A stretch of 64,000 nt of DNA from Bdellovibrio sp. Lineage in GTDB: Bacteria > Bdellovibrionota > Bdellovibrionia > Bdellovibrionales > Bdellovibrionaceae. A program made the position numbers and the translations under genes. The stretch is from NCBI GenBank assembly GCA_036676395.1, contig JAKFCY010000003.1, positions 538,330 through 602,329 of the forward strand. The letters run 5' to 3'. The number at the start of each line of letters is the position of its first letter. Position 1 is the stretch's first letter. Below are positions 48,551 to 57,917 of this stretch, piece after piece. Under the pieces are notes generated by a model that had not been told where the DNA came from, ran no database searches, and worked only from the letters and a program-made list of their open reading frames with translations.

Positions 48551-48997
48551 ATGAAAAAGTTATTCGCAGTATTTTGTTTTTCAATGATTTCTTTTACTTC
48601 GGCTTTTGCGCAAGAGGGTTATCCAATGACTTGTGTGTTTGACGGTATTCAAACAGTGGGCATCAAAACAAGCCCATTAGATGCTAGAAAATTAATTGTA
48701 AGTTTTGGTTTTAAACGCGCGACGAAGCCGGCGACACAAGGCGTAGACCCTGGCACATGTGCATGGAACGATCGCGGCCTTTATCAAGATGAACCGACAA
48801 TTATGTCGCAAGTTGTAGAAAATGTTTACTCTTACCGTGAAGTTATATTTGCTGGTAAATCTCAGTTAGCACTTGTTCCGGGTAATGCTTTCTGGGCGCC
48901 ACAGATGATGACTCGTGGATACACGTTAAAAGTTAAAGTCTACAACTCTGCTCCTGACCACGGTAACGCGACAAACTTTTTTAAAATAATCAATTAG
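48551..48997 (+). CDS. Secreted hypothetical protein
   Basis: RBS AGGAG, signal peptide, PGTCAWNDRG motif. Confidence 0.75.
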   Translation: MKKLFAVFCFSMISFTSAFAQEGYPMTCVFDGIQTVGIKTSPLDARKLIVSFGFKRATKPATQGVDPGTCAWNDRGLYQDEPTIMSQVVENVYSYREVIFAGKSQLALVPGNAFWAPQMMTRGYTLKVKVYNSAPDHGNATNFFKIIN

Positions 48998-49006
48998 TAC
49001 GTTTCT

Positions 49007-50164
49007 TTATGCAAACGTGGCTTTGATCTTTTCAAGCCCTTGAACAAGCAGTGTTCGAGGGCATCCGATATTAATACGAATAAAACCTTCACCGTCTTCA
49101 CCGTATAGATTGCCATGAGTAATCCAAAGATTTTCTTTTTCTAACAGAAGACGCGCAAACTCTGCAGAACTAAGCCCCGCTGCAGTTATATCAATCCACA
49201 CAAGATAAGTGCCTTCAAGTGGCAGAACTTTGAATTTTGAAAGATTTTTTTCAAAAAATATTTTTAGGTAATTATAGTTTTCGAAAAGATAGTCATTAAG
49301 AGCATTAAGCCATTCTTCGCTTTCGTTGTAAGCTGCTATTAAACCCTCGACGGCGAAAGGATTTAGTTCGTAAAGTTCACTGACCTTTAAGGCTGTTTCG
49401 ATTTTATTTCTAAGTTCTGCTTTTGCAGCGACGATGTTGGCCATTTGTAAACCAGCCAAATTAAAACTTTTACTTGGTGAAATGCATGTCACTGAATTTT
49501 CAAGAAAAGTTTGATTGATTGAAGCAAAAGAAATGTGTTTATGACCTGCATGAATTAAATCGCAGTGAATTTCGTCAGAGACTACAGTTACGCCGTGTTT
49601 AAAACATATATCGCCAATGCGAATAAGTTCTTCTTTGCTGAATACGCGCCCAGAGGGATTATGCGGATTACAAAGTAGAAGTACTTTAGATAAAGGATGT
49701 GCTGCCTTTTTTTCTAGATCATCAAAGTCGATACTGTATTTGCCATCACGGTAAAGCAGTTCGTTTTTTACGGCTTTGCATTTGGCATTGGTGATGACAG
49801 AAAAAAAGCGATTATAGACAGGTGTTTGAATAATGACCTGATCGCCGGGTTCAGTTAAAGACTTGATGACAGCTGATATCGCGGGCACAACTCCGGCTGA
49901 AACCAGCAGCCACTCTTTTTCAATATGAAACTGATGTCGCCGTTGAAACCAACTGATAATGGCAGCGAAATACTGTGGCGGAACCTTCGTGTAACCAAAA
50001 ATGCCGTGCTGAACTCGTTTTGCTAAAGCTGCAATGACCGGGGGCGCTGCGCGAAAATCCATATCGGCGACCCACATCGGAAGAATACTTTCGTTCGTGT
50101 TATAATCCCATTTATACGAATGGCTTCCTTTTCTAGGAATGATTTCATTAAAGTCGTATTTCAT
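49007..50164 (-). CDS. patB: MalY/PatB PLP-dependent cystathionine beta-lyase
   Basis: LPMWVADMDF, LCNPHNP, SDEIH, SPSKSFN, RINIGC. Confidence 0.93.
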   Translation of the reverse strand: MKYDFNEIIPRKGSHSYKWDYNTNESILPMWVADMDFRAAPPVIAALAKRVQHGIFGYTKVPPQYFAAIISWFQRRHQFHIEKEWLLVSAGVVPAISAVIKSLTEPGDQVIIQTPVYNRFFSVITNAKCKAVKNELLYRDGKYSIDFDDLEKKAAHPLSKVLLLCNPHNPSGRVFSKEELIRIGDICFKHGVTVVSDEIHCDLIHAGHKHISFASINQTFLENSVTCISPSKSFNLAGLQMANIVAAKAELRNKIETALKVSELYELNPFAVEGLIAAYNESEEWLNALNDYLFENYNYLKIFFEKNLSKFKVLPLEGTYLVWIDITAAGLSSAEFARLLLEKENLWITHGNLYGEDGEGFIRINIGCPRTLLVQGLEKIKATFA

Positions 50165-50254
50165 TTTTAACTCCGATTTTCAATCCATGGTAACAGATAA
50201 CTTTCTTGACGTCTGCTTCTATCAGGAGTCAGATAAAGTTTTGCAGGAGATTTT

Positions 50255-50761
50255 ATGATTTACGAAATAACGGTTCCACAGTTTACGAAAATGTTAAAAA
50301 ATTTAGACGCAATTTTAGAAAAAGCGATTCCTTTTGCTGAAGCTAAAAAAATCGAAATCGATGTGTTATTAAATTCACGTTTAGCGCCAGATCAATTTAA
50401 CTTAATTCGTCAGATTCAAATTGCGTGTGATACTGCAAAACTAGGTGTAGCAAAGTTAACTGGCAAAGATGCCCCAGTGCATGACGATAAAGAAACAACC
50501 CTACCTCAAATCCGAACTCGCATTGCAGAGACAGTGGCTTTTTTAAGTTCTGTTACTGAAAAAGACTTTGCCGGAGCACTTGAAAGAAAAATTAATAATC
50601 CACGTTGGGGTGACAAATATTTATTGGGTCATGAATATGTAACTCAGCATACGATTCCAAATATTTACTTTCATATCACTGTGGCTTATGAAATTTTACG
50701 CCATAATGGTGTTGAGATCGGTAAAAAAGATTATTTAGGGGCAATGCCTTATCATACGTAG
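50255..50761 (+). CDS. DUF1993 family protein
   Basis: RLAPDQF and PNIYFHITVAYEILRHNGV.IGKKDY. Confidence 0.92.
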   Translation: MIYEITVPQFTKMLKNLDAILEKAIPFAEAKKIEIDVLLNSRLAPDQFNLIRQIQIACDTAKLGVAKLTGKDAPVHDDKETTLPQIRTRIAETVAFLSSVTEKDFAGALERKINNPRWGDKYLLGHEYVTQHTIPNIYFHITVAYEILRHNGVEIGKKDYLGAMPYHT

Positions 50762-50811
50762 CAAGACCAAGAAGGATTAAGATGCTCGCAATATTCTTTC
50801 AAAAATATAAA

Positions 50812-51216
50812 ATGAAAAAAACTATATTAGTTTTATCTCTAAGTTTGTTACCTGTGATAAGCTTGGCTAAAAGATTAGCTCCTGCTGTGATAACACCAGT
50901 TATTAGCGAAGGTAGTGAATTTACTTATCGAGTTGAGAAGACTTCATGTAAAAAAAGCACTAACTGCGGTATGCAGGTATTTCTAATCTCTAAGAATGTA
51001 GCTTCAGGAAAAGTAAATTGGGAGCGAGAGCTTTATCAAAAAGCCTTCGATCCTAAAATGGAAACTGATGTGCAAACCATTTATCCGAAATCACTGAAGT
51101 TAAAAGAAAAAAATGTGATTGCGATAGATGAAAAAGGTTCAAAGTATATTGTGAAATCTGCAACTGGGGATTTAGTTATACCCCTTAAATCTATTATTTA
51201 TCCGGCGCACAAGTAA
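50812..51216 (+). CDS. Secreted hypothetical protein
   Basis: Signal peptide, AKRLAP, ETDVQ. Confidence 0.7.
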   Translation: MKKTILVLSLSLLPVISLAKRLAPAVITPVISEGSEFTYRVEKTSCKKSTNCGMQVFLISKNVASGKVNWERELYQKAFDPKMETDVQTIYPKSLKLKEKNVIAIDEKGSKYIVKSATGDLVIPLKSIIYPAHK

Positions 51217-51259
51217 GCAAGTCGCGTGCAACTTAACATCACACGCGATTTTTTAAAAA

Positions 51260-51745
51260 TTACTGACAGTAATAATTAGATACCGGAGAACCTTGATTCA
51301 TTGCAATTCCCTGCGGCGTGTATTGGTAACAACGAGTGTAGCCATCTTGACCGCGGCCCCATGAATAATATGATGGGCGTGTGCGCTCACAACTGTAGTT
51401 AGATACCGGAGAACCTTCATTCATCGCCACTCCGTAAGGTGTGCGTTGATAGCAATAGCCATATCCATTTTGTGCACGACCCCAGTCAAAATAAGATGGG
51501 CGATTTTGTTCGCAATTGTAATTCGATACCGGGCTTCCGCCATTTAATACAGCTCCGTTATTGGCCCATTGATAACAATAACCGAAACCGTTTTGAGCTG
51601 TGCCCCAATCAAAGTATGAGCCGATAGCTTCGGTCACTTGATGTGGATGCATCTGAACTGCTGATTGCGTACCCGATAGAATTTGCGCGTTAGCCAAAGA
51701 ACCTACCGCGACTAAAACGATAAAGATTAATTTTTTCACTGTCAT
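51260..51745 (-). CDS. Secreted protein with three ~40-aa Cys-containing repeats
   Basis: SY..WG..Q.G...CYQ....G...N.GSPVSNY.C three times; RBS AAGGGAG. Confidence 0.85.
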   Translation of the reverse strand: MTVKKLIFIVLVAVGSLANAQILSGTQSAVQMHPHQVTEAIGSYFDWGTAQNGFGYCYQWANNGAVLNGGSPVSNYNCEQNRPSYFDWGRAQNGYGYCYQRTPYGVAMNEGSPVSNYSCERTRPSYYSWGRGQDGYTRCYQYTPQGIAMNQGSPVSNYYCQ

Positions 51746-51878
51746 CTCCCTTGATGGTTTTTTATTTCGTACATATATGGTTTTACGATTATTGAAAAAA
51801 CTCAAAGGTTAAAAAAATTAGACCGCTCGCAAGGTGCAAAGTGCATCTGCTTTAAGTTTGCGGTCACTGCGAGTGGTG

Positions 51879-52580
51879 TCACTTTGCTTTAAAAGGATTT
51901 TCCATTTCGATAGGAATCAAAAAATGTAACATAGCATATTGGCCTTTCATATTCCATGCGCTTTCATCGCCGTAAAATTTCTGCTTGATGTAAATATCAC
52001 CCACGCCGCCAACTTCAAGTTGTAGGTATTTAGTAAATAGTGGCACTTTGGCGAAAACAGTTCCTCTTAGTCCAGGTCTGAAAAAGTGAATGGTTTTTGT
52101 TTCGCGATCATCGTTGTAATTCAGGTAAGTTAGAATTGGTCCGCCTGAAACACCTAAGTCGAAAAACCAAATATTTGCCGAGATCTTTGGAATCCATCCC
52201 CAGGTTGCCCCGTAAGCTTGAATGTGGTCTTTGCGTGGGCTGATAAACAGAGTGTCAGGAATGTAAATCGATGTGATCGCGAATTCATTTAGTTTTAAAG
52301 CGTGGTCGCGGGCATTTTCAGGAATTTTTTCTTTGAAACGGTGAATCGTTTCTTTTTCAACCATCGCACTAAGGTTAAATTGGGTTCCGTAAATTTTAGC
52401 ATTCTCATTGGTGCTATTAGGGCCAAGGTTATAGACATCATAGATTTCATATTCGGCAATACCAAATCCGATATCTAAAAAGACTGGAACGTTATCTGAA
52501 GTCTGCGAACTGGCTTGAGCTTGAGCCAATGAAAAAGATCCGGTTAAACCAATGACAAAGATTAAAATAATTTTATTCAT
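51879..52580 (-). CDS. Secreted / outer-membrane hypothetical protein
   Basis: Signal peptide; beta-strand-rich. Confidence 0.65.
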   Translation of the reverse strand: MNKIILIFVIGLTGSFSLAQAQASSQTSDNVPVFLDIGFGIAEYEIYDVYNLGPNSTNENAKIYGTQFNLSAMVEKETIHRFKEKIPENARDHALKLNEFAITSIYIPDTLFISPRKDHIQAYGATWGWIPKISANIWFFDLGVSGGPILTYLNYNDDRETKTIHFFRPGLRGTVFAKVPLFTKYLQLEVGGVGDIYIKQKFYGDESAWNMKGQYAMLHFLIPIEMENPFKAK

Positions 52581-52593
52581 ACGAGTATTATGA

Positions 52594-53082
52594 TTAGGCT
52601 TTTGCTTCGCTAGCAATCTTTTTCATGTAAGCTGAAAATTCAGGATCTTCACCGTCTAATAGATCAGGCAATGACATGCGAAAATCATTTCGCATTGTCC
52701 AGAAGCGGATGTAGTCTTCCCATGTCGCCCAGAGACGCTGATTTTGTTTCGACATGTCTTCTTCATAAACTAAGATATAAGCTCGCTCGAATAGCGACAC
52801 TAATAGATCAAAAATAATCGTTTTTCTTTCGCGCTGCTCATCGGTCATGTCAGCATCGCGAACATAGCCTGAAATTAATCGCAGATCGGCATTTTTAAGA
52901 AGCAGCTGTTGAAACTCAGCATATTCGTCAGCCAAGCGTTGGTATAATTCTTCATCTTCATTTTGGCGCTCTTTACGCTGCTCAAGTAGGTAGACGATAA
53001 TACCAAAAGGCAGGGCTATGACGGTCACCACGTAGCTAGAGATTTCCCAAAATTCAAGGCTCATTAGATATTCAAAACTCAT
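52594..53082 (-). CDS. Membrane-anchored hypothetical protein
   Basis: N-terminal TM helix; SLFERAY and W..WEDY motifs. Confidence 0.7.
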   Translation of the reverse strand: MSFEYLMSLEFWEISSYVVTVIALPFGIIVYLLEQRKERQNEDEELYQRLADEYAEFQQLLLKNADLRLISGYVRDADMTDEQRERKTIIFDLLVSLFERAYILVYEEDMSKQNQRLWATWEDYIRFWTMRNDFRMSLPDLLDGEDPEFSAYMKKIASEAKA

Positions 53083-53123
53083 ACATGAAAGCGTAAATGA
53101 GTTAGGCCTGCGTGCCAAGAAAT

Positions 53124-53153
53124 AAAAAAAGCCCGGTTATACCGAGCTTTTTT
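53124..53153 (-). terminator. Intrinsic (bidirectional) terminator
   Basis: A-tract-GCCCGGT-tat-ACCGAGC-T-tract. Confidence 0.75.
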
Positions 53154-53178
53154 CTATTCCGAATTTATCGAGCATTCT

Positions 53179-53250
53179 CTATTGAGGGGGTGCGGTTCCG
53201 GGGAGATTTTTTAATTCCAATCTAACATAATGTCTTCGGATAATATTCAT
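53179..53250 (-). CDS. Putative 23-aa small ORF MNIIRRHYVRLELKNLPGTAPPQ
   Basis: Strong RBS GGAGGGA upstream of the ATG; terminator just downstream. Confidence 0.45.
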   Translation of the reverse strand: MNIIRRHYVRLELKNLPGTAPPQ

Positions 53251-53518
53251 GACAACGTCCCTCCATATAGTGTTTATCTGCAAGAGTTTCGAACCTCTTA
53301 ACCCCAGCCTTCAATTCAATGAAGTTACCAGCGGCAGATACTAACTATTCGGACTAAATTGTAATAGCTTAATTAGCCAATTTGAGATTTCAGTTTATTC
53401 TCAAGCTGAGACTTGCTAAGTTATTGAAAAGTGCTGACGTTTTTAAGACTAAAATAAATATTTTTTTCAATATTGATTTTGGGCTTTGTTTACAGAATGC
53501 CAGCAGGGGGAGTCAGTG

Positions 53519-54406
53519 ATGGTGTGGCAACAAGCAGAAAAAGAAAACTGGTACAAACAGCAAAACATCAAACGTTCGTATCAAGATGACGTTGTTCGTA
53601 AGATTCAAGAGTTGAAGTCTGACTTTGACATTACCCAGTACGGGGCCCTTTCAGAAAATCCAGAACGTTATCCACTTTTTATTATTCGTTCGAAAAACTT
53701 TGCTGCAGCTAAAAAAACAGTCTTAATCACCGGCGGGGTGCACGGTTATGAAACTAGTGGCGTTCACGGGGCTTTGGGATTTTTAAAAACATTAGCTAAA
53801 TCTTACGAAAGTAATTTTAATTTTGTCTGTACGCCTTGCATTAGCCCGTGGTCTTACGAAACGATCAACCGCTGGAATTCTAAAGCCATTGACCCCAATC
53901 GTTCGTTTTGTGAAAATAGTCCTGCTGAAGAGTGCGAGTTATTTTTAAAAGCGACGGCTGGTTTAAATCCATTTATACATTTTGATTTACATGAAACTAC
54001 CGACACAGATAACACGATTTTTCGGCCAGCTCTTGAAAATCGTGATGGTATTATTATTCCGTTTTCTCCGATTCCTGATGGATTCTATTTAGTTGGAGAC
54101 ACCGATAACCCTCAGCCCGAATTTCAAAAGGCCATAATCGATGCGGTTCGAAAAGTAACCCACATTGCTTTGCCAGATGAAAGGGGTTTGCTTCTTGATG
54201 ACAAGGTTGAGCAAGAGGGGGTAATTAATTACCCCGTAAAGAAATTGTTTTTGTGCGCTGGAACTTTTAGCCCACAATACTGTACAACGACAGAGGTTTA
54301 CCCAGATAGCCCGAAGGCGAGTGATGCCATTTGTGTTGAGGCCCAGATTGCTGTGATCAAGGCTGGGTTAGATTTTGTTTATTCTTCGTCGTATTCTTCT
54401 TCTTGA
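53519..54406 (+). CDS. M14 metallocarboxypeptidase (AstE/AspA-like)
   Basis: GGVHGYE, NRWN, DPNRSF, DLHET, TTTEVYP. Confidence 0.92.
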   Translation: MVWQQAEKENWYKQQNIKRSYQDDVVRKIQELKSDFDITQYGALSENPERYPLFIIRSKNFAAAKKTVLITGGVHGYETSGVHGALGFLKTLAKSYESNFNFVCTPCISPWSYETINRWNSKAIDPNRSFCENSPAEECELFLKATAGLNPFIHFDLHETTDTDNTIFRPALENRDGIIIPFSPIPDGFYLVGDTDNPQPEFQKAIIDAVRKVTHIALPDERGLLLDDKVEQEGVINYPVKKLFLCAGTFSPQYCTTTEVYPDSPKASDAICVEAQIAVIKAGLDFVYSSSYSSS

Positions 54407-54705
54407 GCTGCGGCACGAACCCGTTTTTTTGCGTGGACTCCGGCCTTAGCAAGAATTTCTATATAAACTGATGGTGCGTTTTGCAATGCAACTTCATCGA
54501 TCGACTTACTAATTTCGTTACTGTGAACTGCCTTGGCAGAAGTATCCTGAGCACCGACTTTGCACTGAAAATCCCAATAGTCTACGCCCTCGGGTAGGGT
54601 TTTACGACGTTCGCGCGCAAGGTATTTATTAACTTCGTATTTGATAGCTTCAACTACGCGGTCTGGTTTTTTATTTGTTTCTGATAGGCTAAAATTTTTC
54701 TTCAT
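54379..54705 (-). CDS. DUF6172-like protein
   Basis: KYLARERRKTLPEGVDYWDF.CKVG and YIEILAK. Confidence 0.8.
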   Translation of the reverse strand: MKKNFSLSETNKKPDRVVEAIKYEVNKYLARERRKTLPEGVDYWDFQCKVGAQDTSAKAVHSNEISKSIDEVALQNAPSVYIEILAKAGVHAKKRVRAAAQEEEYDEE

Positions 54706-54795
54706 AGGATAAAACTTTACCACAAAACTAAGTCTGTAGTATAAATAAAACTATGGAACATAGAATTTACCCGGTGTAATTTTAAGGAGTTCGAA

Positions 54796-55371
54796 ATGAG
54801 TGCAAAAGTAGACCAATTTATTAAAAAATTAAAAATTTGGCAGGATGAAGTTATTCAGCTTCGTAAAATTTTGCAATCAACGAAATTGGTTGAAGATTTT
54901 AAATGGAATTACCCTTGTTATACTTATAATGAAAGTAATATTGTTATCATTCAGCCGTTTAAATCTTATCTTGGGCTTATGTTTTTTAAAGGCACATTGT
55001 TAAAAGACGTGAAAAAAATTTTGATTGCTAACGGGCCAAACTCGCAACACACGAAAAGATTTGAATTCGAATCGGTCGTCGAAATCAAAAAATTAGCTCC
55101 TACAATTAAGGCTTATATCAAAGAAGCTATGGCTATTGAAGATTCAGGTCAAAAAGTAGAAGTAAAAAAAACAGCCATCGAAATGCCTGCAGAACTAAAA
55201 AAAGCTTTCGCTAAGAATGCTAAACTGAAGAAAGCCTTTAACGAGCTGACTCCTGGGCGTCAAAGAGCTTATCTTTTCTTTTTTGCTGGCGCAAAACAAC
55301 CAGCAACGCGTGAAGCGCGCATTCAAAAATGTGCGTCCAAAATTCTTCAGGGTAAAGGTTTAAATGATTAG
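54796..55371 (+). CDS. YdeI/OmpD-associated (DUF1801) protein
   Basis: KWNYPCY, FFKGTLL, LTPGRQRAY, AKQ..TR..R. Confidence 0.92.
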   Translation: MSAKVDQFIKKLKIWQDEVIQLRKILQSTKLVEDFKWNYPCYTYNESNIVIIQPFKSYLGLMFFKGTLLKDVKKILIANGPNSQHTKRFEFESVVEIKKLAPTIKAYIKEAMAIEDSGQKVEVKKTAIEMPAELKKAFAKNAKLKKAFNELTPGRQRAYLFFFAGAKQPATREARIQKCASKILQGKGLND

Positions 55372-56164
55372 GATTTTTTTCACTTTAATCGTGCTAATTC
55401 TTGTAATATTAGCGCTAATTTACTTTTATCAATCAAAGCTTCTGTTTTTTCCGACAAAACTGCAAAAAGATTTTACTTTCAAATTTTCATTCCCACATGA
55501 AGAAAAATTTATTTCTTATAACAACGAGGTTGTGCATGGGGTAATGTTTAAGGCAAAAAAGCCCAGAGCTCGCATTATCTATTTTCATGGAAACCGTGGA
55601 TCGCTACAAACTTGGGGACAAGTTGGTGCGGATCTGAGCGATAAATTAAATTCTGATGTTTTAGCTTTAGATTATCCAGGCTATGGCAAATCCACAGGTA
55701 GACTACCTTTAAGCGAAAAGGCGTTGTATGAAAGTGCTGATGCAGCTTTCGACGAATTTATTGCGACAACGGATAAAACACTTCCCATAATTGTTTACGG
55801 ACGTAGTCTTGGATCTGCTGTGGCATCGTATTTAGCGGCAAAGAAAACCGTACAAGCTTTGATCTTAGAAACCCCGTACACGAGTATGAAGGCTATGGCC
55901 AGTCATGTGTTTCCGTATTTGCCCTCATTTTTAGGCCGTTATGATTTGGATAACGTAAAAAATATTAAAGAATTAAATATTCCCATTTTAATTATGCATG
56001 GCACTCAGGATGTGGTTGTTCCGTTCACGCAAGGAAACGCATTGGCGACGCAAAAATCGAATGTTGAATTTGTTTCGATTGAAGGTGGAGGTCATAATGA
56101 TTTATCCACTTTTCCATTATACTGGAACGCAGTAGAAAAATTTGTAGCCAAAGTATCGTTATAA
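55364..56164 (+). CDS. Alpha/beta hydrolase (Bem46/ABHD-like)
   Basis: YFHGN, DYPGYG.S, GRSLG, HGTQD, GGGHND. Confidence 0.93.
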   Translation: MIRIFFTLIVLILVILALIYFYQSKLLFFPTKLQKDFTFKFSFPHEEKFISYNNEVVHGVMFKAKKPRARIIYFHGNRGSLQTWGQVGADLSDKLNSDVLALDYPGYGKSTGRLPLSEKALYESADAAFDEFIATTDKTLPIIVYGRSLGSAVASYLAAKKTVQALILETPYTSMKAMASHVFPYLPSFLGRYDLDNVKNIKELNIPILIMHGTQDVVVPFTQGNALATQKSNVEFVSIEGGGHNDLSTFPLYWNAVEKFVAKVSL

Positions 56165-57301
56165 ATCAAAAAACTTTAAGATTTCGGGCGAACGGTTCAT
56201 CGTATCTTCATGCCCAGTTTTAATAAGTGAGCTTAAATATTCTGGTTCAAAAGCCAGATAACTTAAAAGATCAGAGCCTTTATTTTCTGAAACCCCAATT
56301 CCGCGCAGCAGATATGCAAATGTCGTTGGCATTCGCGAAAGTTCACCCGCCGGCGGGCGTACAAGTTCATTCTGCGGAGCTAAATGTAAAATAGGAATTT
56401 CTCTAAGTTTATCAGGCTGACTGGCCTTTGCTTCTGGGCTCATGACGGCAACACCGCGATTGACTCGGGCTATGCGTTCAAGATCGCCATCCAGTGAATC
56501 TAAAAAAAGGCCGCTAAGTATTGTACCCAGGATTTCTCCTAAAGTGATGCCATCGTTTGCCGGGCGAGGTATTGGCGAGCTTGGAGTTGTTCGGCGATTA
56601 CCTATGACAAGCAATTTGTCTGCGCCTAAGTGAATGGCCGAGCTTAAAGGACTATTTAAACGAACTACGCCATCACCGAAATAAGATTCACCGATGCGAA
56701 CCGGTGGAAAAAAAACGGGTATAGCCGATGAGGCCATCACATGTTCGGGCCCGATTTCTGTACGTAAACTTTTTCGATTGAGGATGTTCCAATCTTTAAT
56801 GTCTTCGTCGCCATTATAAAAGGCGATCGACTGTCCGCTGCGATAGTCAGTCGCGCAAACACAAATAGCATGAAAAAGTTTATTTCGGATATTTTCATTG
56901 AGCGCTTTGAAATTAATTTTATTTTGAATAAGTTCGGCTAAAGGAGTTGTGTCGAGCAAGTAAGTGATTTGATTTTTTTTCAATCCGCCCGAGCTGCGGT
57001 CGCGCAGCCAGCGATAAGCGATTTTACTTAGTGACAGTGGTCCTACTTTGAAAACGCTATCGGCGGTTAATGACGACCAGGTTTCAACCATGCGTCGCGT
57101 GACGGCTTCAAAATTTTCGCTTTGGCTGGCTAGCCAAGTTCCATTTAATGCCCCAGCAGAAAACCCCGAAATAATGGCAAAAGGATTTTTTTCAAAACCC
57201 GTAATTTCAGCGATCGCGCGCAATACACCCACTTGATAGGCCGCTCGTGCGCCGCCACCCGTAAGAACTAACGCCAATTTTTTTTCATTTATAGGGTTCA
57301 C
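56159..57301 (-). CDS. Patatin-like phospholipase
   Basis: GGGARAAYQ, GFSAG, ASSAIP, GDG. Confidence 0.93.
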   Translation of the reverse strand: MNPINEKKLALVLTGGGARAAYQVGVLRAIAEITGFEKNPFAIISGFSAGALNGTWLASQSENFEAVTRRMVETWSSLTADSVFKVGPLSLSKIAYRWLRDRSSGGLKKNQITYLLDTTPLAELIQNKINFKALNENIRNKLFHAICVCATDYRSGQSIAFYNGDEDIKDWNILNRKSLRTEIGPEHVMASSAIPVFFPPVRIGESYFGDGVVRLNSPLSSAIHLGADKLLVIGNRRTTPSSPIPRPANDGITLGEILGTILSGLFLDSLDGDLERIARVNRGVAVMSPEAKASQPDKLREIPILHLAPQNELVRPPAGELSRMPTTFAYLLRGIGVSENKGSDLLSYLAFEPEYLSSLIKTGHEDTMNRSPEILKFFDL

Positions 57302-57472
57302 GTTGTATAAGAAGCAACAGACATACCAGTATGCGCTCGGTCATTCGATAGCATCACTGTCAAAAAGTTTAACGATTGCTAGCGTCACATTGTCTGATAT
57401 TTGGCCAGTGCTCTGTCCTCAATTCGAATAACAGCAGTTTAGACTGAGCACCCGTTTGCAAGACTGGTATTC

Positions 57473-57916
57473 ATGAATAAATTAATACTTGGACTCTTAG
57501 TTTTCACAGCTCTTAATTCTCAAGCATTTACCGAACAAGTGTTCATCAAAGATGGTGACCAAGTGATTGTAAAAATTGATAACTGCGCCGAAGGTACAAC
57601 TCCTACTCTGACTTTAAAAAAAGATAGGGTTATTGGTCAGTGCGTGGCCGATATCATTTTCTGTGAAGCAAAAATCGGTAATCTTATTCCTGATAAATGG
57701 GTTACTAGTTATTATAAATACACTAAGAATGCAGCTGGTATTTCAAAGAGGGAACTCATCAAAAAGGCCCGCCCAGAGCATGTGTATGCTCCAGCCGTTT
57801 ATTCTGATGTTGCGTATGAATTGAAACAATTGATTAAACAGGGATTTTGCAGCAAAGGGATTTATAAAAAATCTTCATTAGCAGGGCACACGACTGAAGT
57901 GATCGTTGAACAGTAA
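57473..57916 (+). CDS. Secreted hypothetical protein
   Basis: Signal peptide; 4 Cys. Confidence 0.7.
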   Translation: MNKLILGLLVFTALNSQAFTEQVFIKDGDQVIVKIDNCAEGTTPTLTLKKDRVIGQCVADIIFCEAKIGNLIPDKWVTSYYKYTKNAAGISKRELIKKARPEHVYAPAVYSDVAYELKQLIKQGFCSKGIYKKSSLAGHTTEVIVEQ

Positions 57917-57917
57917 A

